NCBI GenBank assembly: GCA_963850305.1
Contig: CAWKKR010000008.1
Span: 1,216,001 to 1,280,000, forward strand
Direction of reading: 5' to 3'
DNA: 64,000 nt
Origin: an uncultured delta proteobacterium
GTDB taxonomy: Bacteria > Myxococcota_A > Polyangia > Polyangiales > Polyangiaceae
Part shown: piece by piece, positions 54,547-64,000 of the stretch
Position numbering within the stretch: position 1 is the first letter of the stretch
Layout: each line of letters opens with the position of its first letter
Notes under the pieces: generated by a model
What the model saw: only the letters and a program-made list of their open reading frames with translations
Databases searched by the model: none
What the model was told of the DNA's origin: nothing
Position numbers and translations under genes: made by a program

Positions 54547-55191
54547 ATGGGCGTTCCTTCGATCACGGGCCTTCGCGCTTCGTTTCGGACCCTCCTTGCT
54601 TCGACGTCGGCCGCTGCGATTCTGGTGCTGGCCAGCGCGGCGCACGCGCAGATTCGCGATCCCGGCGACCACCCGAAGTACTCGGTCGATCTGGAGCCGC
54701 ACTTCGTCGTGGAGTGGGACGATTCGGACACCGACTACACGAACAGCGACGGGTTCGGGCTCGGTCTTCGGGCGTCGATCCCCGTCGTCGACAACGGCCC
54801 GGTCACGACCATCAACAACACGCTGGCCGTCGGCTTCGGCCTCGATTGGGCGCACTTCGACGGCGATTGCCAGAACATCGTCATCAACGGGGCGCGGCTG
54901 GGAGTGAGCTGCACGGGGGACCACATCGTCGTGCCGGTCGTCGCACAGTGGAATTTTTTCTTCACGCCCGTCGTCAGCGCGTTCGGGGAGGCTGGTCTTG
55001 CGTTCCAGCACGCCTCCGCGCAGGTTTCGTGCGACGGCGTGGTCGGCGGCATCTGCCAGGCCACGCATTCCGAGAACGACGTGCTCCCCGTGTTTGCGAT
55101 CGGTCCCCGGTTCACGCTGTCCAACTGGTTCGCGATCACCGTCAGGGTCGGTTACCCGTACATGACCGCGGGAGCCTCGTTCTTCCTCTGA
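54547..55191 (+). CDS. Putative outer-membrane beta-barrel protein
   Basis: Signal peptide ending AHA, alternating beta-strands, C-terminal GYPY.T.GASFFL. Confidence 0.7.
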   Translation: MGVPSITGLRASFRTLLASTSAAAILVLASAAHAQIRDPGDHPKYSVDLEPHFVVEWDDSDTDYTNSDGFGLGLRASIPVVDNGPVTTINNTLAVGFGLDWAHFDGDCQNIVINGARLGVSCTGDHIVVPVVAQWNFFFTPVVSAFGEAGLAFQHASAQVSCDGVVGGICQATHSENDVLPVFAIGPRFTLSNWFAITVRVGYPYMTAGASFFL

Positions 55192-55212
55192 GGCTCGACG
55201 AAACCGCGACCA

Positions 55213-56052
55213 TCACGCGAGGATCGGCAGACGGCGCGGCGCGCCTTCGACCTTCGGGTCGACGCGCTCGTCGTCCGGACGGCTCGAGGGGGCGAGGCCG
55301 AGCACTCGAGACAGGTCGCGATCCAGTAAGTGCGTCGGGCGCACGTTGCCGAGCGCCGCGAAGAGATTCCCGCGAACGTTCGGGTTCTCGGCGTGGAGAT
55401 CGGAGATCAGGCGCTTCACCTGTTTTCGCTTCAGATCGTCCTGCGAGCCGCAGAGATCGCAGGGCACGATGGGAAACGCGCGCTCCGCCGCGAAGGCGGT
55501 GAGATCTTCTTCCGAGCAATACGCAAGCGGACGAATGACGACGTTCCGCCCGTCATCCGACGTGAGCCGTGGGGGCATGGATTTGATCTGCCCCGAATAG
55601 AACAGATTCAACATGAGGGTTTCGATCATGTCGTCGCGGTGATGTCCGAGTGCGATCTTGGTCGCGCCCATGTCGGCGGCGAGCGTGTAGAGGATCCCGC
55701 GCCGGAGGCGCGAACACAGAGAACAATAGGTGTTGCCCTCCGGGATCTTCGCCTTCACGATCGAATATGTGTCCTCTTCGACGACGCGGTAATCGTAGCC
55801 CTCCGCCTCGAAGTAGTCCGGCAGCCGCCGCTTCGGAAATCCGGGATGCCCCTGATCGACGTTGACGGCGATCAGGGAAAACGAGAACGGGGTGCGTCGC
55901 TGAAGTGTGCGGAGCAAGTAGAGCATCGCGTGCGAGTCCTTGCCGCCGCTCACCGCGACGAGCACGCGGTCGTCCGGTTCGAGCAACCGGAACTCCGCGC
56001 TCGCTCGTGCGACGTTGCCGATGAGCCGCGTCTCGAGCCGGCTCTCGGTCAC
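55213..56052 (-). CDS. ttcA: tRNA 2-thiocytidine(32) synthetase
   Basis: SGGKDS PP-loop, CSLCSRLRRG, GHHRDD, VIRPL and CDLCGSQ. Confidence 0.95.
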   Translation of the reverse strand: MTESRLETRLIGNVARASAEFRLLEPDDRVLVAVSGGKDSHAMLYLLRTLQRRTPFSFSLIAVNVDQGHPGFPKRRLPDYFEAEGYDYRVVEEDTYSIVKAKIPEGNTYCSLCSRLRRGILYTLAADMGATKIALGHHRDDMIETLMLNLFYSGQIKSMPPRLTSDDGRNVVIRPLAYCSEEDLTAFAAERAFPIVPCDLCGSQDDLKRKQVKRLISDLHAENPNVRGNLFAALGNVRPTHLLDRDLSRVLGLAPSSRPDDERVDPKVEGAPRRLPILA

Positions 56053-57983
56053 GAGAACTGTCCCCGCGCCGCCCGCGACACGATGCGTTCGAGATCGATC
56101 AGGTTGAAGGGCTTCGACATGGTCCGGTTCGGTACCGTAGCCAGAAATTGCGCGGCGCGGTCGGTGAACGCGCCGCCCGTCATGAATACGATGCGCTCTT
56201 CGAACCCCGATCGGGTTGCCCGCACCTTTTCGTAGAGGTCCATTCCGGACATGCGCGGCATCAAAAGGTCGCAGAAGATGAGGTCGAATTCGGCGCCGGA
56301 CAGGATCTGATCGAGCGCCGTCTGCGCGTCCGTGGCGACGGTGACGTCGTTGGCGTCGGACAGCGCGCGTTTGAGCATGTCCGCGACGAGGCGCTCGTCG
56401 TCCACGACCAGGACGCGGGCTCGCCTTTGCCGTCGAGCGATGGGCGCCTCGGACGGAGCGGCGTCGTCGACGCGCTCGGAGACGACCTCCGTCGCGGCAA
56501 GGGCCGGGAGCTCCACGCGAAACGTCGTTCCCGTCCTCGAGGTGCTCGTGACGGTGATGTCGCCTCCGAACGATTTGACGATGCCACGGGAAATGGGCAG
56601 CCCGAGTCCCGTCCCGACGCCGCGCGGTTTGGTGGTGAAGAACGGATCGAAGATGCGTCCGATGATCTCCTTCGGAATGCCCGCGCCGGTGTCGCTCACC
56701 TCCGCGACGACGAGATTTCCCTCGCTACGGAGCGAGAGCCGGACCTCGTTCTCTTGCGGACGACCTTCGGCGATGGATTGCGATGCATTCAGCAGGAGGT
56801 TCGTGAACACTTGCTCGAGGCGCGTCGCGTTCGCGACGACTCGCGGCACGTCGGCGTAGTCTTCGACGAGCCGCGCGCGGCGGCGCAGCTCCACGCCGAC
56901 CAGCTTGGTGGACGCAACGGCCGCTTCTTTGACTGAGACTGGCGCGTGACCGACCTGCTCCGCGCGTGACAGAGTCCGGAGATCGCCCACGATCGTGCTC
57001 ACGCGCCGCGCGCCGTGCTCGGCCTCCGCGAGCCGCTCCAGGAGCAGCTCGAGGCGCGCGGGATCCCCGTCGAACCGGGGCAGCTCGCGCATCAGGTACT
57101 GGAGATTCAGCATCAGGTAGGCGAGCGGGTTGTTGATCTCGTGCGCCACGCCGGCCGCGAGGGTCCCCATCGCAGCCAGCCGGTCCGCGCGGATGAGCTG
57201 TGCCTGCCCGCGCCGTCGTTCCGTCAGATCGCGGCCGATGCCGAGCAGCGCGGGCTCGCCTTCCCACTCGATCGCGATCGGCCGCAGATCGATGTAAACG
57301 AGGTGCCCATCCTTGTGCCGCAGCCTGACGCGTGCCGAGTTCTGTTGCGCGCCGGTCGTCAGCAACGCGCGGACGATCCCCGCCGCGACGGGCCGATCCT
57401 CCGGATGGATGTGCTCGCGGAGCGGGACGCTCGTCACTTCTTGCATCGAGCCGTACCCGAGGAGTCGGACCCCCGCCGGGTTCGCATACACGAAGCGGGT
57501 TTTCGTCCCGAGCGCGATGGCGTCGGGCGCCGCGTCGAGCAACCTGCGGAACCTGGCTTCCGACTCCGCGAGGGCGCGCTCCGCGCGAAGCCGCACCACG
57601 GAGTCGTAAAAGAAGAACACGACCGCCCGGCGCCCCGCGACGACTGAACGGCTCGCCACGATCTGGAGCAGTCCGTCCTCTTTCGTGGCGATGGACACCG
57701 CGTCCAGCGCGAGCGTGGGGGCCCGCGGGTCGGCGAGCCAGCTCGCGATGTGGTTCCGGCTCTCGGCGTCGAGTTCGAGATCCTCCGGAATCTGCTTTGG
57801 GTGGCCAACGAGCGCACGCATGCGGTCGTTCACGAATTCGCAGCGGCAGCCGTTCTCGGTCTGGACGGCTACCAGGACGCCGACCGTGGCGTGGCGCGCG
57901 GCGTCGACCAGGGCGCTGGCGAGGGCCGGGGAGTTCGCGAGGCCTGGCTCCGGCGACACGCGTTGAATATAGCGGTTCGGCAC
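56049..57983 (-). CDS. Hybrid sensor histidine kinase/response regulator with PAS domains
   Basis: PAS (IHPED), AAGVAHEINNPL, QVFTNLLLNA, DPFFTTK..G.GTGLGL; receiver domain VLVVDDE, CDLLMP and KPF. Confidence 0.92.
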   Translation of the reverse strand: MPNRYIQRVSPEPGLANSPALASALVDAARHATVGVLVAVQTENGCRCEFVNDRMRALVGHPKQIPEDLELDAESRNHIASWLADPRAPTLALDAVSIATKEDGLLQIVASRSVVAGRRAVVFFFYDSVVRLRAERALAESEARFRRLLDAAPDAIALGTKTRFVYANPAGVRLLGYGSMQEVTSVPLREHIHPEDRPVAAGIVRALLTTGAQQNSARVRLRHKDGHLVYIDLRPIAIEWEGEPALLGIGRDLTERRRGQAQLIRADRLAAMGTLAAGVAHEINNPLAYLMLNLQYLMRELPRFDGDPARLELLLERLAEAEHGARRVSTIVGDLRTLSRAEQVGHAPVSVKEAAVASTKLVGVELRRRARLVEDYADVPRVVANATRLEQVFTNLLLNASQSIAEGRPQENEVRLSLRSEGNLVVAEVSDTGAGIPKEIIGRIFDPFFTTKPRGVGTGLGLPISRGIVKSFGGDITVTSTSRTGTTFRVELPALAATEVVSERVDDAAPSEAPIARRQRRARVLVVDDERLVADMLKRALSDANDVTVATDAQTALDQILSGAEFDLIFCDLLMPRMSGMDLYEKVRATRSGFEERIVFMTGGAFTDRAAQFLATVPNRTMSKPFNLIDLERIVSRAARGQFS

Positions 57984-58051
57984 CCGACCGGGCCGGGTTC
58001 CTCGAAGGCATCCCCTCTATCTCGCGAGCTAGTGTTAGAACCGGACCTTCG

Positions 58052-58714
58052 ATGAAGAAGTACGCGTTCGTCGCCCAGGTAGCCTTCATCTTTGCCGCGG
58101 CACTGGCCGTCTACTCGTTCGTCGCCGCGGCGCGTGACGGAGAGCGGCGCCGGCTCTGCGGGGCGCTCTGCCACCTTAAGCCCGACTACGCGGCACGGAA
58201 CCGGACGGCTCCCGACTTCGAAGTGCCGGCCCTCGGCGCGCCGGGTACCAAGATTCACCTCGCGAGCTACCGCGGCAAGGTCGTCGTCCTGAACTTCTGG
58301 ACGAAGAACTGTCGTCCTTGCCTCGAAGAGATGCCATCCCTTGCCCAGTTCGCAGAGTCGCTGCGCGGCGAGCCGGACGTCGCGGTCGTCACCGTCTCGA
58401 CGGACGAATCGCTCGAGGACGTGCGCGGCACACTGCGGTCGGTCCTCGGCGGAGACCCGCCGTTCGCCGCCGGGGTCGACCCCGAAGCCGCGGTCGTACG
58501 CGACAAGTTCGGAACGCATCTTTATCCGGAGACGTGGCTCATCGATCCGCGCGGCGTCATCCGCGCCCGCTTCGACGGCGGCCGTGATTGGACGAGTCCG
58601 CTCGTTCGCGAGCTCGTGGACGAACTACGGCAGCCGCTCGCCTGCTCGGTCGAGTTCGCGAACGGCGTCGCCTCCGGAGAAGACGCCCCGACCTGCGACG
58701 ACATTGCCGGCTGA
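58052..58714 (+). CDS. TlpA-family thiol:disulfide oxidoreductase
   Basis: APDF, GKVVVLNFWTKNCRPCLEEMP and YPETWLID. Confidence 0.9.
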   Translation: MKKYAFVAQVAFIFAAALAVYSFVAAARDGERRRLCGALCHLKPDYAARNRTAPDFEVPALGAPGTKIHLASYRGKVVVLNFWTKNCRPCLEEMPSLAQFAESLRGEPDVAVVTVSTDESLEDVRGTLRSVLGGDPPFAAGVDPEAAVVRDKFGTHLYPETWLIDPRGVIRARFDGGRDWTSPLVRELVDELRQPLACSVEFANGVASGEDAPTCDDIAG

Positions 58715-58790
58715 TCCTTCGACCTGACGAAACCGTGACGCACGGCTGACCCCAATCGAGTGCCCTTTCTCGTACCTTATCGTCCTAGGA

Positions 58791-59579
58791 ATGTCCCTCC
58801 CGCTCCCCATCGTCATCTTCTTCGTCGGTCACTGGTTGGCGAGCGTCTTCTTCCAGACGTTCTACCTGCACCGCTACGGGGCGCATCGGATGTTCACCTT
58901 CTCCCGGGGATGGGAGCGCGTCTTTCACTTCGCGACGTACGTGACGCAGGGCTCGTCGTTCCTGAACCCGCGGGGCTACGCGATCCTGCACCGGATGCAT
59001 CACGCGTATTCCGACACGGAAGGCGATCCGCATTCGCCGCGCGTACAGAAGAACCCGGTGCGGATGATGAACCGCACGCGGGATCTCTACCGTTCGATCA
59101 ATGACGGCACGTTCCCGGTCGAGGCCCGTTTCGACGGCGGCTATCCCTCCTGGCCCGCGATCGATCGCTTCGGTTCACGGTGGCTCTCCAGCGTGCTCTG
59201 GGGCGTGATTTACAGCGGCTTTTATCTGGTCTTCGCGACGGCGTGGTGGCAGTTCCTCCTGCTCCCGGTGCACTTTTTCATGGGCCCCATTCACGGCGCG
59301 ATCGTGAACTGGTTCGGGCACTGGATGGGGTACCGGAACTTCGACCAGGACGACGACTCGCGGAATACGCTCATCGTGGACTTCGTCACGCTCGGGGAGC
59401 TCTTCCAGAACAACCACCACAAATACGGCTCGCGCCCGAACTTTGGCGTGAAGTGGTTCGAAATCGACCCAGCCTGGATTCTGGTGAAGCTATTCGCGAA
59501 GCTCGGAATTCTCGAGATCCGCAGCGAATCGAAGCGCGCGGCGCCTGCAGAAGGGCTCGGCTTGTCCGCGGCCGAGTAG
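58791..59579 (+). CDS. Acyl-CoA/acyl-lipid (delta-9-type) fatty acid desaturase
   Basis: His boxes HRYGAH, HRMHH and GELFQNNHH. Confidence 0.9.
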   Translation: MSLPLPIVIFFVGHWLASVFFQTFYLHRYGAHRMFTFSRGWERVFHFATYVTQGSSFLNPRGYAILHRMHHAYSDTEGDPHSPRVQKNPVRMMNRTRDLYRSINDGTFPVEARFDGGYPSWPAIDRFGSRWLSSVLWGVIYSGFYLVFATAWWQFLLLPVHFFMGPIHGAIVNWFGHWMGYRNFDQDDDSRNTLIVDFVTLGELFQNNHHKYGSRPNFGVKWFEIDPAWILVKLFAKLGILEIRSESKRAAPAEGLGLSAAE

Positions 59580-59668
59580 AGAATCCGGCCTTCTGCGTCA
59601 TAGTCCTCGAGCTTGAAAAGTGGCCCGCTTGGGGTGAGTCTCTGGGGAACCTCCCGGAGATCGGCTCC

Positions 59669-61441
59669 ATGCGCATCCTTCCTTTCGTTCTCGGTCTGTC
59701 CCTCGCGACCGTCGCTTGCTCCGGCGGCAATAACGTCCCGGGCCTCGGTGCTGGCGGCTACTTCAGTTATGGCGCTGGAGGCTACGGCACTGGCGGCTAC
59801 GGCGCTGGCGGCACGCCGGTTGGGTCCGGCGGGTTTCAGACCGCGACCGCGGGCGGCGCGTTCGGCAGCGGGGGCGCGTTCGGCAGCGGCGGCGCGTTCG
59901 GCAACGGCGCGGGCGGCTTCGAGCCGGACGTGTCAGTGGAACCCGACGGCAGCATCGATGGCTCGGTCGAAGCCGGTCTTGGCGACGGCAGCACGCCGGA
60001 CTCCGGCAAAATGCCCGCGTCGTGCGACGACCCCACGGAGAAGAAGTGCAACGCCGCGTGCGTGAAACCGAGTCCGTCGAACGGCTGCGCGCTCACCGGT
60101 TGCACGGGCTGCCCCAGCGTCGCGAACGGCGTCCAGACATGCGCCGCCGGCGCGTGCAGCTTCGAATGCAACCCTGGGTTCAGCGCCAAGAACGGCGCCT
60201 GCACGGGGATCCCGAACGCCGATGCGGGCACGGGTGTCGCGGACAACGGCAGCTGCAGCGCGAACTCCGCTTGTTCGAGCGGCGTCTGCAAGGGCGGCAC
60301 GTGTCAGCCCGCCACGTGCAGCGACAACGTCAAGAACGGCCGCGAAACGGACGTGGACTGCGGCGGCACCTGCGCGCCGTGCGAGAGCGGCAAGCACTGT
60401 GCGATCGCAGCCGACTGTGACGACGGACCGTGCCAGAGCGGCGTCTGCGGTTGCACGCCGTACGCCTGCACCGATCCATCGCTCGCCGGCCGTTGCGGCC
60501 CGTCGCTTGCCGACCATTGTGGCGGCACGACGCCCTGCGGTTGTGCGTCGGGTCAGACTTGTTACAACGCGACCTGCTGCGATCCCGAGACCGCCTGTCA
60601 AACCGCGTGCGGCCTGGTCAGCGCGTGCGGCACCACGATAGATTGCGGCCTCACGGCTTGTACGTCCGGTCAGACGTGCGACAACTCCAAGTGCTGCACG
60701 CCGAAGACCACGTGCCCCGCGGGCACGTGTGGCAGCGTGGACGATGGGTGCGGTGGTACCGTCACCTGCGCGGCTTGCACGAACGGCCGCGTCTGCGGCT
60801 CGAGCGGCCAGTGCACGTGCGACAACACGGACACGGACGGCGACGGCCTGACCGACTGCGACGAATACGACGACGGCGATCCCTGGACCGACCCCAACAT
60901 CTTCAACGGCCTCGCCGGCGCGACGTACGACAACTGCGACGCCAGCGCGAGCTGCACCACGATGAACACGAACGCCAAGGTCGACGCCTGCATGGCGAAG
61001 ACCGTCGTTCAAGCGCAGAACCTGACCTCCGGCTGGGGCTTCGCGAACACCTCGAACCAGCGCTGCGACGCCGCGTACGACTTCACCCCGAACTGGACGC
61101 AGGATTGCAGCGACTACACCTTCTCGGTCTCGTACACCGGCTTCATCAACCTCAAAGCCGGCATGAACTGCTTCGACATCGGCGGGACGAACTCCGACTC
61201 GTGCGGCGTCTTCTTCCTCGACGGCTCCGACGCGACCCCCGTCACGCACGACAGCGGGCCCAAGTGCTTCAACGTCACCACCGCGGGCGCTCACGCCGTC
61301 CGCCTCTTCTTCGACCGCGCGCCGTACCTCGGCGCCTTCTCCCCGATCATGGGCTTCAACTGGGAGCACTGCTTCGGCGGCGCCTCCTCGTGCACGCCGG
61401 GGACGACCGTGCCCCAGACGGATCTGCGCGTCAGTAACTGA
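59669..61441 (+). CDS. Cys-rich modular surface lipoprotein
   Basis: Lipobox VAC, Gly-rich linker with GGAFG x3, CSDNVKNGRETDVDCGG and DxCGG repeats, DTDGDGLTD Ca-binding-like motif, PA14-like C-terminus (FSVSYTGFI). Confidence 0.8.
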   Translation: MRILPFVLGLSLATVACSGGNNVPGLGAGGYFSYGAGGYGTGGYGAGGTPVGSGGFQTATAGGAFGSGGAFGSGGAFGNGAGGFEPDVSVEPDGSIDGSVEAGLGDGSTPDSGKMPASCDDPTEKKCNAACVKPSPSNGCALTGCTGCPSVANGVQTCAAGACSFECNPGFSAKNGACTGIPNADAGTGVADNGSCSANSACSSGVCKGGTCQPATCSDNVKNGRETDVDCGGTCAPCESGKHCAIAADCDDGPCQSGVCGCTPYACTDPSLAGRCGPSLADHCGGTTPCGCASGQTCYNATCCDPETACQTACGLVSACGTTIDCGLTACTSGQTCDNSKCCTPKTTCPAGTCGSVDDGCGGTVTCAACTNGRVCGSSGQCTCDNTDTDGDGLTDCDEYDDGDPWTDPNIFNGLAGATYDNCDASASCTTMNTNAKVDACMAKTVVQAQNLTSGWGFANTSNQRCDAAYDFTPNWTQDCSDYTFSVSYTGFINLKAGMNCFDIGGTNSDSCGVFFLDGSDATPVTHDSGPKCFNVTTAGAHAVRLFFDRAPYLGAFSPIMGFNWEHCFGGASSCTPGTTVPQTDLRVSN

Positions 61442-61525
61442 GCTCTGGCTTGGGGGGCGCCACGCGGATACGAGCGCGGCGCAAGCCGTTCCCGATCCCG
61501 GCGACGCCGCGTGCCGACTCTCTCC

Positions 61526-62278
61526 TCAGGCGGCGGGATCCTGACGGTAAAAGGTGCGCAGCACCTCGTAGAGCTCGGGGTGCCGCTGCTTCAGCTCCGT
61601 GCCCGTCTCGAAGAACGCTTCCGTCACGACCGCGAAGAACTCGGCTGGATTCGTCGCTCCGTAAGCGTCGATGTCCCCGGGCTGGTGCGCCGCCACGCGC
61701 GCGAGCAACTCTTCGTACTCGGCGCCGAGTGCGCGAGCCCACTCGGCATAGGAGGAGCGACCGGGGAAATCTCTGGCGCTCCCCTCGGCGTCGAGCTGAT
61801 GCGCGAACTCGTGAAATACGACGTTGTGGCCATCCCGCGCGTTCGACGCACCTCGCTGGACCGCGTCCCACGCCAGCACCACGACCCCTCGGACCCATGA
61901 CTCGCCGAGCCGCGCCTGGTCGCCCTCGACGATGACGTCGCCGCGGAGTTCGCGCGTGTTCTTCGCGACGTACGTGCTCGGGTAGACGAGGATGGTATCC
62001 AGCATAGGATAATAGTTGGTCTCGCGGTGCAGGAGTAAGACGCACGCCTGCGCGGCGATGGTGAGCTTGATCTCGTCCGTCATGACGAGCCCGCCGCAGC
62101 CTTCGAACGTCTTCTCGCTCAGGAAGACTCGAATGTGCCCCTCCAGCTCCCGCCGATCTTCGTCGGACAGGCGGCGGACGTAGGGGACGTTGTGGAGGAT
62201 GGACGCGCGCTCTTCGGCGGAGAGCGGCTGCTTCCGCAGCTCGTCGCGGCGCCGGCTCTTGAACAGGAAATCGAGCAT
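61526..62278 (-). CDS. M90 family zinc metallopeptidase (MtfA-like)
   Basis: IAAQAC, ILVYPS, GESW, NVVFHEFAHQLD and YGATNPAEFFAV.TE.FFE. Confidence 0.9.
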   Translation of the reverse strand: MLDFLFKSRRRDELRKQPLSAEERASILHNVPYVRRLSDEDRRELEGHIRVFLSEKTFEGCGGLVMTDEIKLTIAAQACVLLLHRETNYYPMLDTILVYPSTYVAKNTRELRGDVIVEGDQARLGESWVRGVVVLAWDAVQRGASNARDGHNVVFHEFAHQLDAEGSARDFPGRSSYAEWARALGAEYEELLARVAAHQPGDIDAYGATNPAEFFAVVTEAFFETGTELKQRHPELYEVLRTFYRQDPAA

Positions 62279-62889
62279 CAGGACGTCATCGAGACGCTGT
62301 CGAGCAAGGTCAGGAACGCGGCTTGCGCGGCCTTGACCGTCTTCGACGGTCCGACGAGCTTGAAGAAGTACGCGCCGCCGGGCGTGTCGATGATGGCCCC
62401 GAGGAGCCCGTAATCCGGCTTCGGCGGCGCCGGAGCCACGCCGGGACGCATGCTCATCGCGACGAAGGAGCCACTTTCGATCTGCAGCACGTGCTCCGGG
62501 AGACCCGCCGCGGTCCGCTCCGTGCGGATCGCCTTGTCGTGATCGAAGCCCGGGAATTGCGACATCCAGCGCGTGAAGTTGGCGTCCACGCCGCCCGCCT
62601 GGCCGCCGCCGAAGTGAAACACCGTGAGCTCCGCTTCCTCCCTGTCCCCCTGGGCTTTCGGGACCGCGTACGTCGCGAGCCGCATCTCGGACGGCGACGC
62701 CTTGCGTGTCCAGCCCGGCGGGTCGACCCAGTGGAGCGCGTGCGTCTCCGCCGGCGCGGGATCCGGGAGCAGCAACGCCGCGGGTGCGGGTCCATTCGAC
62801 GCGCTCGACGGTTCGGGGCGCGAGGATGGCTCGGTCGCGCGATGGCACGCGGTCACCGCGAGCAAGGAAAACAACCAGAGATGCTTCAT
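62278..62889 (-). CDS. Conserved hypothetical lipoprotein
   Basis: Lipobox VTAC; P.GW...MRLA.Y, GGVDAN..RW..QF and YFFKLVGP. Confidence 0.75.
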   Translation of the reverse strand: MKHLWLFSLLAVTACHRATEPSSRPEPSSASNGPAPAALLLPDPAPAETHALHWVDPPGWTRKASPSEMRLATYAVPKAQGDREEAELTVFHFGGGQAGGVDANFTRWMSQFPGFDHDKAIRTERTAAGLPEHVLQIESGSFVAMSMRPGVAPAPPKPDYGLLGAIIDTPGGAYFFKLVGPSKTVKAAQAAFLTLLDSVSMTS

Positions 62890-63248
62890 GTGCCCTCGTA
62901 TTCGCAGCGCGCGTCGCACGTCTCGTGCACCGTGACGCGGACGAGTCCGGGAAGTGCCGGAGAGAGTTTCTGCCAGACCCAGCGCGCAAGGTGTTCGCTC
63001 GTCGGGTTCTCGAGCCCGGGAACCTCGTTCAGGTAATGGTGATCGAGCACGTCGTAGAGCGGGCGCCACGCGCGTTCCACGACATCGTAATCGATGAACC
63101 ACCCCGTCTTTTCATCGACTGGCCCCGCGATGGCGACGTCGATCTTGAAGCTGTGCCCGTGAAGGCGCGCGCACTTGTGCCCCTCCGGCACCTTCGGAAG
63201 CAAGTGCGCCGCTTCGAACCGGAATTCCTTGACGAGACGGACCTGCAT
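62886..63248 (-). CDS. queD: 6-carboxytetrahydropterin synthase
   Basis: FEAAH, KCARLHGHS, LDHHYLN, NPTSEHLA and VHET. Confidence 0.95.
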   Translation of the reverse strand: MQVRLVKEFRFEAAHLLPKVPEGHKCARLHGHSFKIDVAIAGPVDEKTGWFIDYDVVERAWRPLYDVLDHHYLNEVPGLENPTSEHLARWVWQKLSPALPGLVRVTVHETCDARCEYEGT

Positions 63249-63262
63249 CGGGGGCTCGGAGA

Positions 63263-63877
63263 CTAGCCCAGCCGAGCTCGGAGCGCGTCGAGCAACGCTC
63301 GCGTCGCCTGGCCGCGGTGCGAGCGCGCGTCTTTTTCCGTGGGGGAGAGCTCGCCGCTCGTGCGTCCGAGGTCCGGCAGATAGAGGAGCGGGTCGTAACC
63401 GAAGCCGTTCGCGCCGCGCGGCGCCGTTGCGATGACGCCTGCGTACGTCCCTTCCGACTCCGCGACGACGGTGCCGTCCGGGCGTGCGACGCACATCGCG
63501 CAGACGAACCGCGCGGTCCGCCGCTCCGGCGGCACGCCGTCCAGCGCGCGCAGCAGCTTCTCGTTGTTCGCGCGATCGCGTTCCGTCCGCGGTCCTCCCT
63601 CGCCCGAATAGCGCGCCGAGTGCACCCCGGGAGCGCCGCCGAGCGCGTCCACCTCGAGCCCCGAATCCTCCGCGAGGCACTCGAGCCCCGTTGCGCGCGC
63701 GTACGCCGTCGCCTTGAGGCGCGCATTACCGCGGAACGTCTCCGCGTCTTCCACGGGCTCCGGCGGCGCCGACGCGAGCGAATCGAGTGAGCGCACGTCG
63801 TACCCGAGCGGCGCGAGCGCGAGCCGCACCTCCGTCACCTTGTGCGGATTCGTCGTCGCGAAGAGGAGAGTCGTCAC
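63263..63877 (-). CDS. rdgB: Non-canonical purine NTP pyrophosphatase (HAM1 family)
   Basis: ATTNPHK, EDSGLEVDALGGAPGVHSARY, GFGYDP and SHRGQA. Confidence 0.95.
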   Translation of the reverse strand: MTTLLFATTNPHKVTEVRLALAPLGYDVRSLDSLASAPPEPVEDAETFRGNARLKATAYARATGLECLAEDSGLEVDALGGAPGVHSARYSGEGGPRTERDRANNEKLLRALDGVPPERRTARFVCAMCVARPDGTVVAESEGTYAGVIATAPRGANGFGYDPLLYLPDLGRTSGELSPTEKDARSHRGQATRALLDALRARLG

Positions 63878-64000
63878 GGGCGAGAGTGCTACCCATGGTT
63901 CCCGCGCCGCGCAACCCGCCACGGGGGAGGGAGATCACGGTCCCGTAGGCTGCTCCCCCGTCGCGCGTCGTCGCATCACGACCGGTCGTCCTCGCCTGCG

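Noticed and set aside
63935..64000. Possible 3' end of a minus-strand gene at the window edge
   Set aside because: Only about 20 codons are visible, with no motif to support a call.

Overview
High-GC bacterial chromosomal window. Gene content and the Gly/Ser/Cys-rich lipoproteins point to Myxococcota, probably Polyangia (inference). Most of it is housekeeping: pccB-like carboxylase, KamA-family radical SAM, pyrH, a ccmF cluster, dnaN-recF-gyrB, clpB, cinA, ligA, nadE, suhB, ugd, argC, ttcA, queD and rdgB, plus several secreted lipoproteins. Four regions stand out. (1) A decayed integron at about 43440-46338: an eroded intI remnant co-oriented with the array, an attI-like core site, and three attC-bounded cassettes (two antisense toxin-antitoxin modules with their own promoters and one MTHFR-like gene). 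(2) An AT-rich, DnaA-box-containing oriC candidate directly upstream of dnaN, with no dnaA beside it. (3) A GT2 glycosyltransferase fused to a PaaK/CapK-like adenylating domain, coupled to a flippase-like gene and suhB. (4) A YyaL(DUF255)-aldo/keto reductase fusion. recF and gyrB carry many indels and three other genes carry one each; these are most likely sequencing or assembly errors. I recognised no rRNA, tRNA or CRISPR array. All family assignments come from motif recognition by eye, not database searches.
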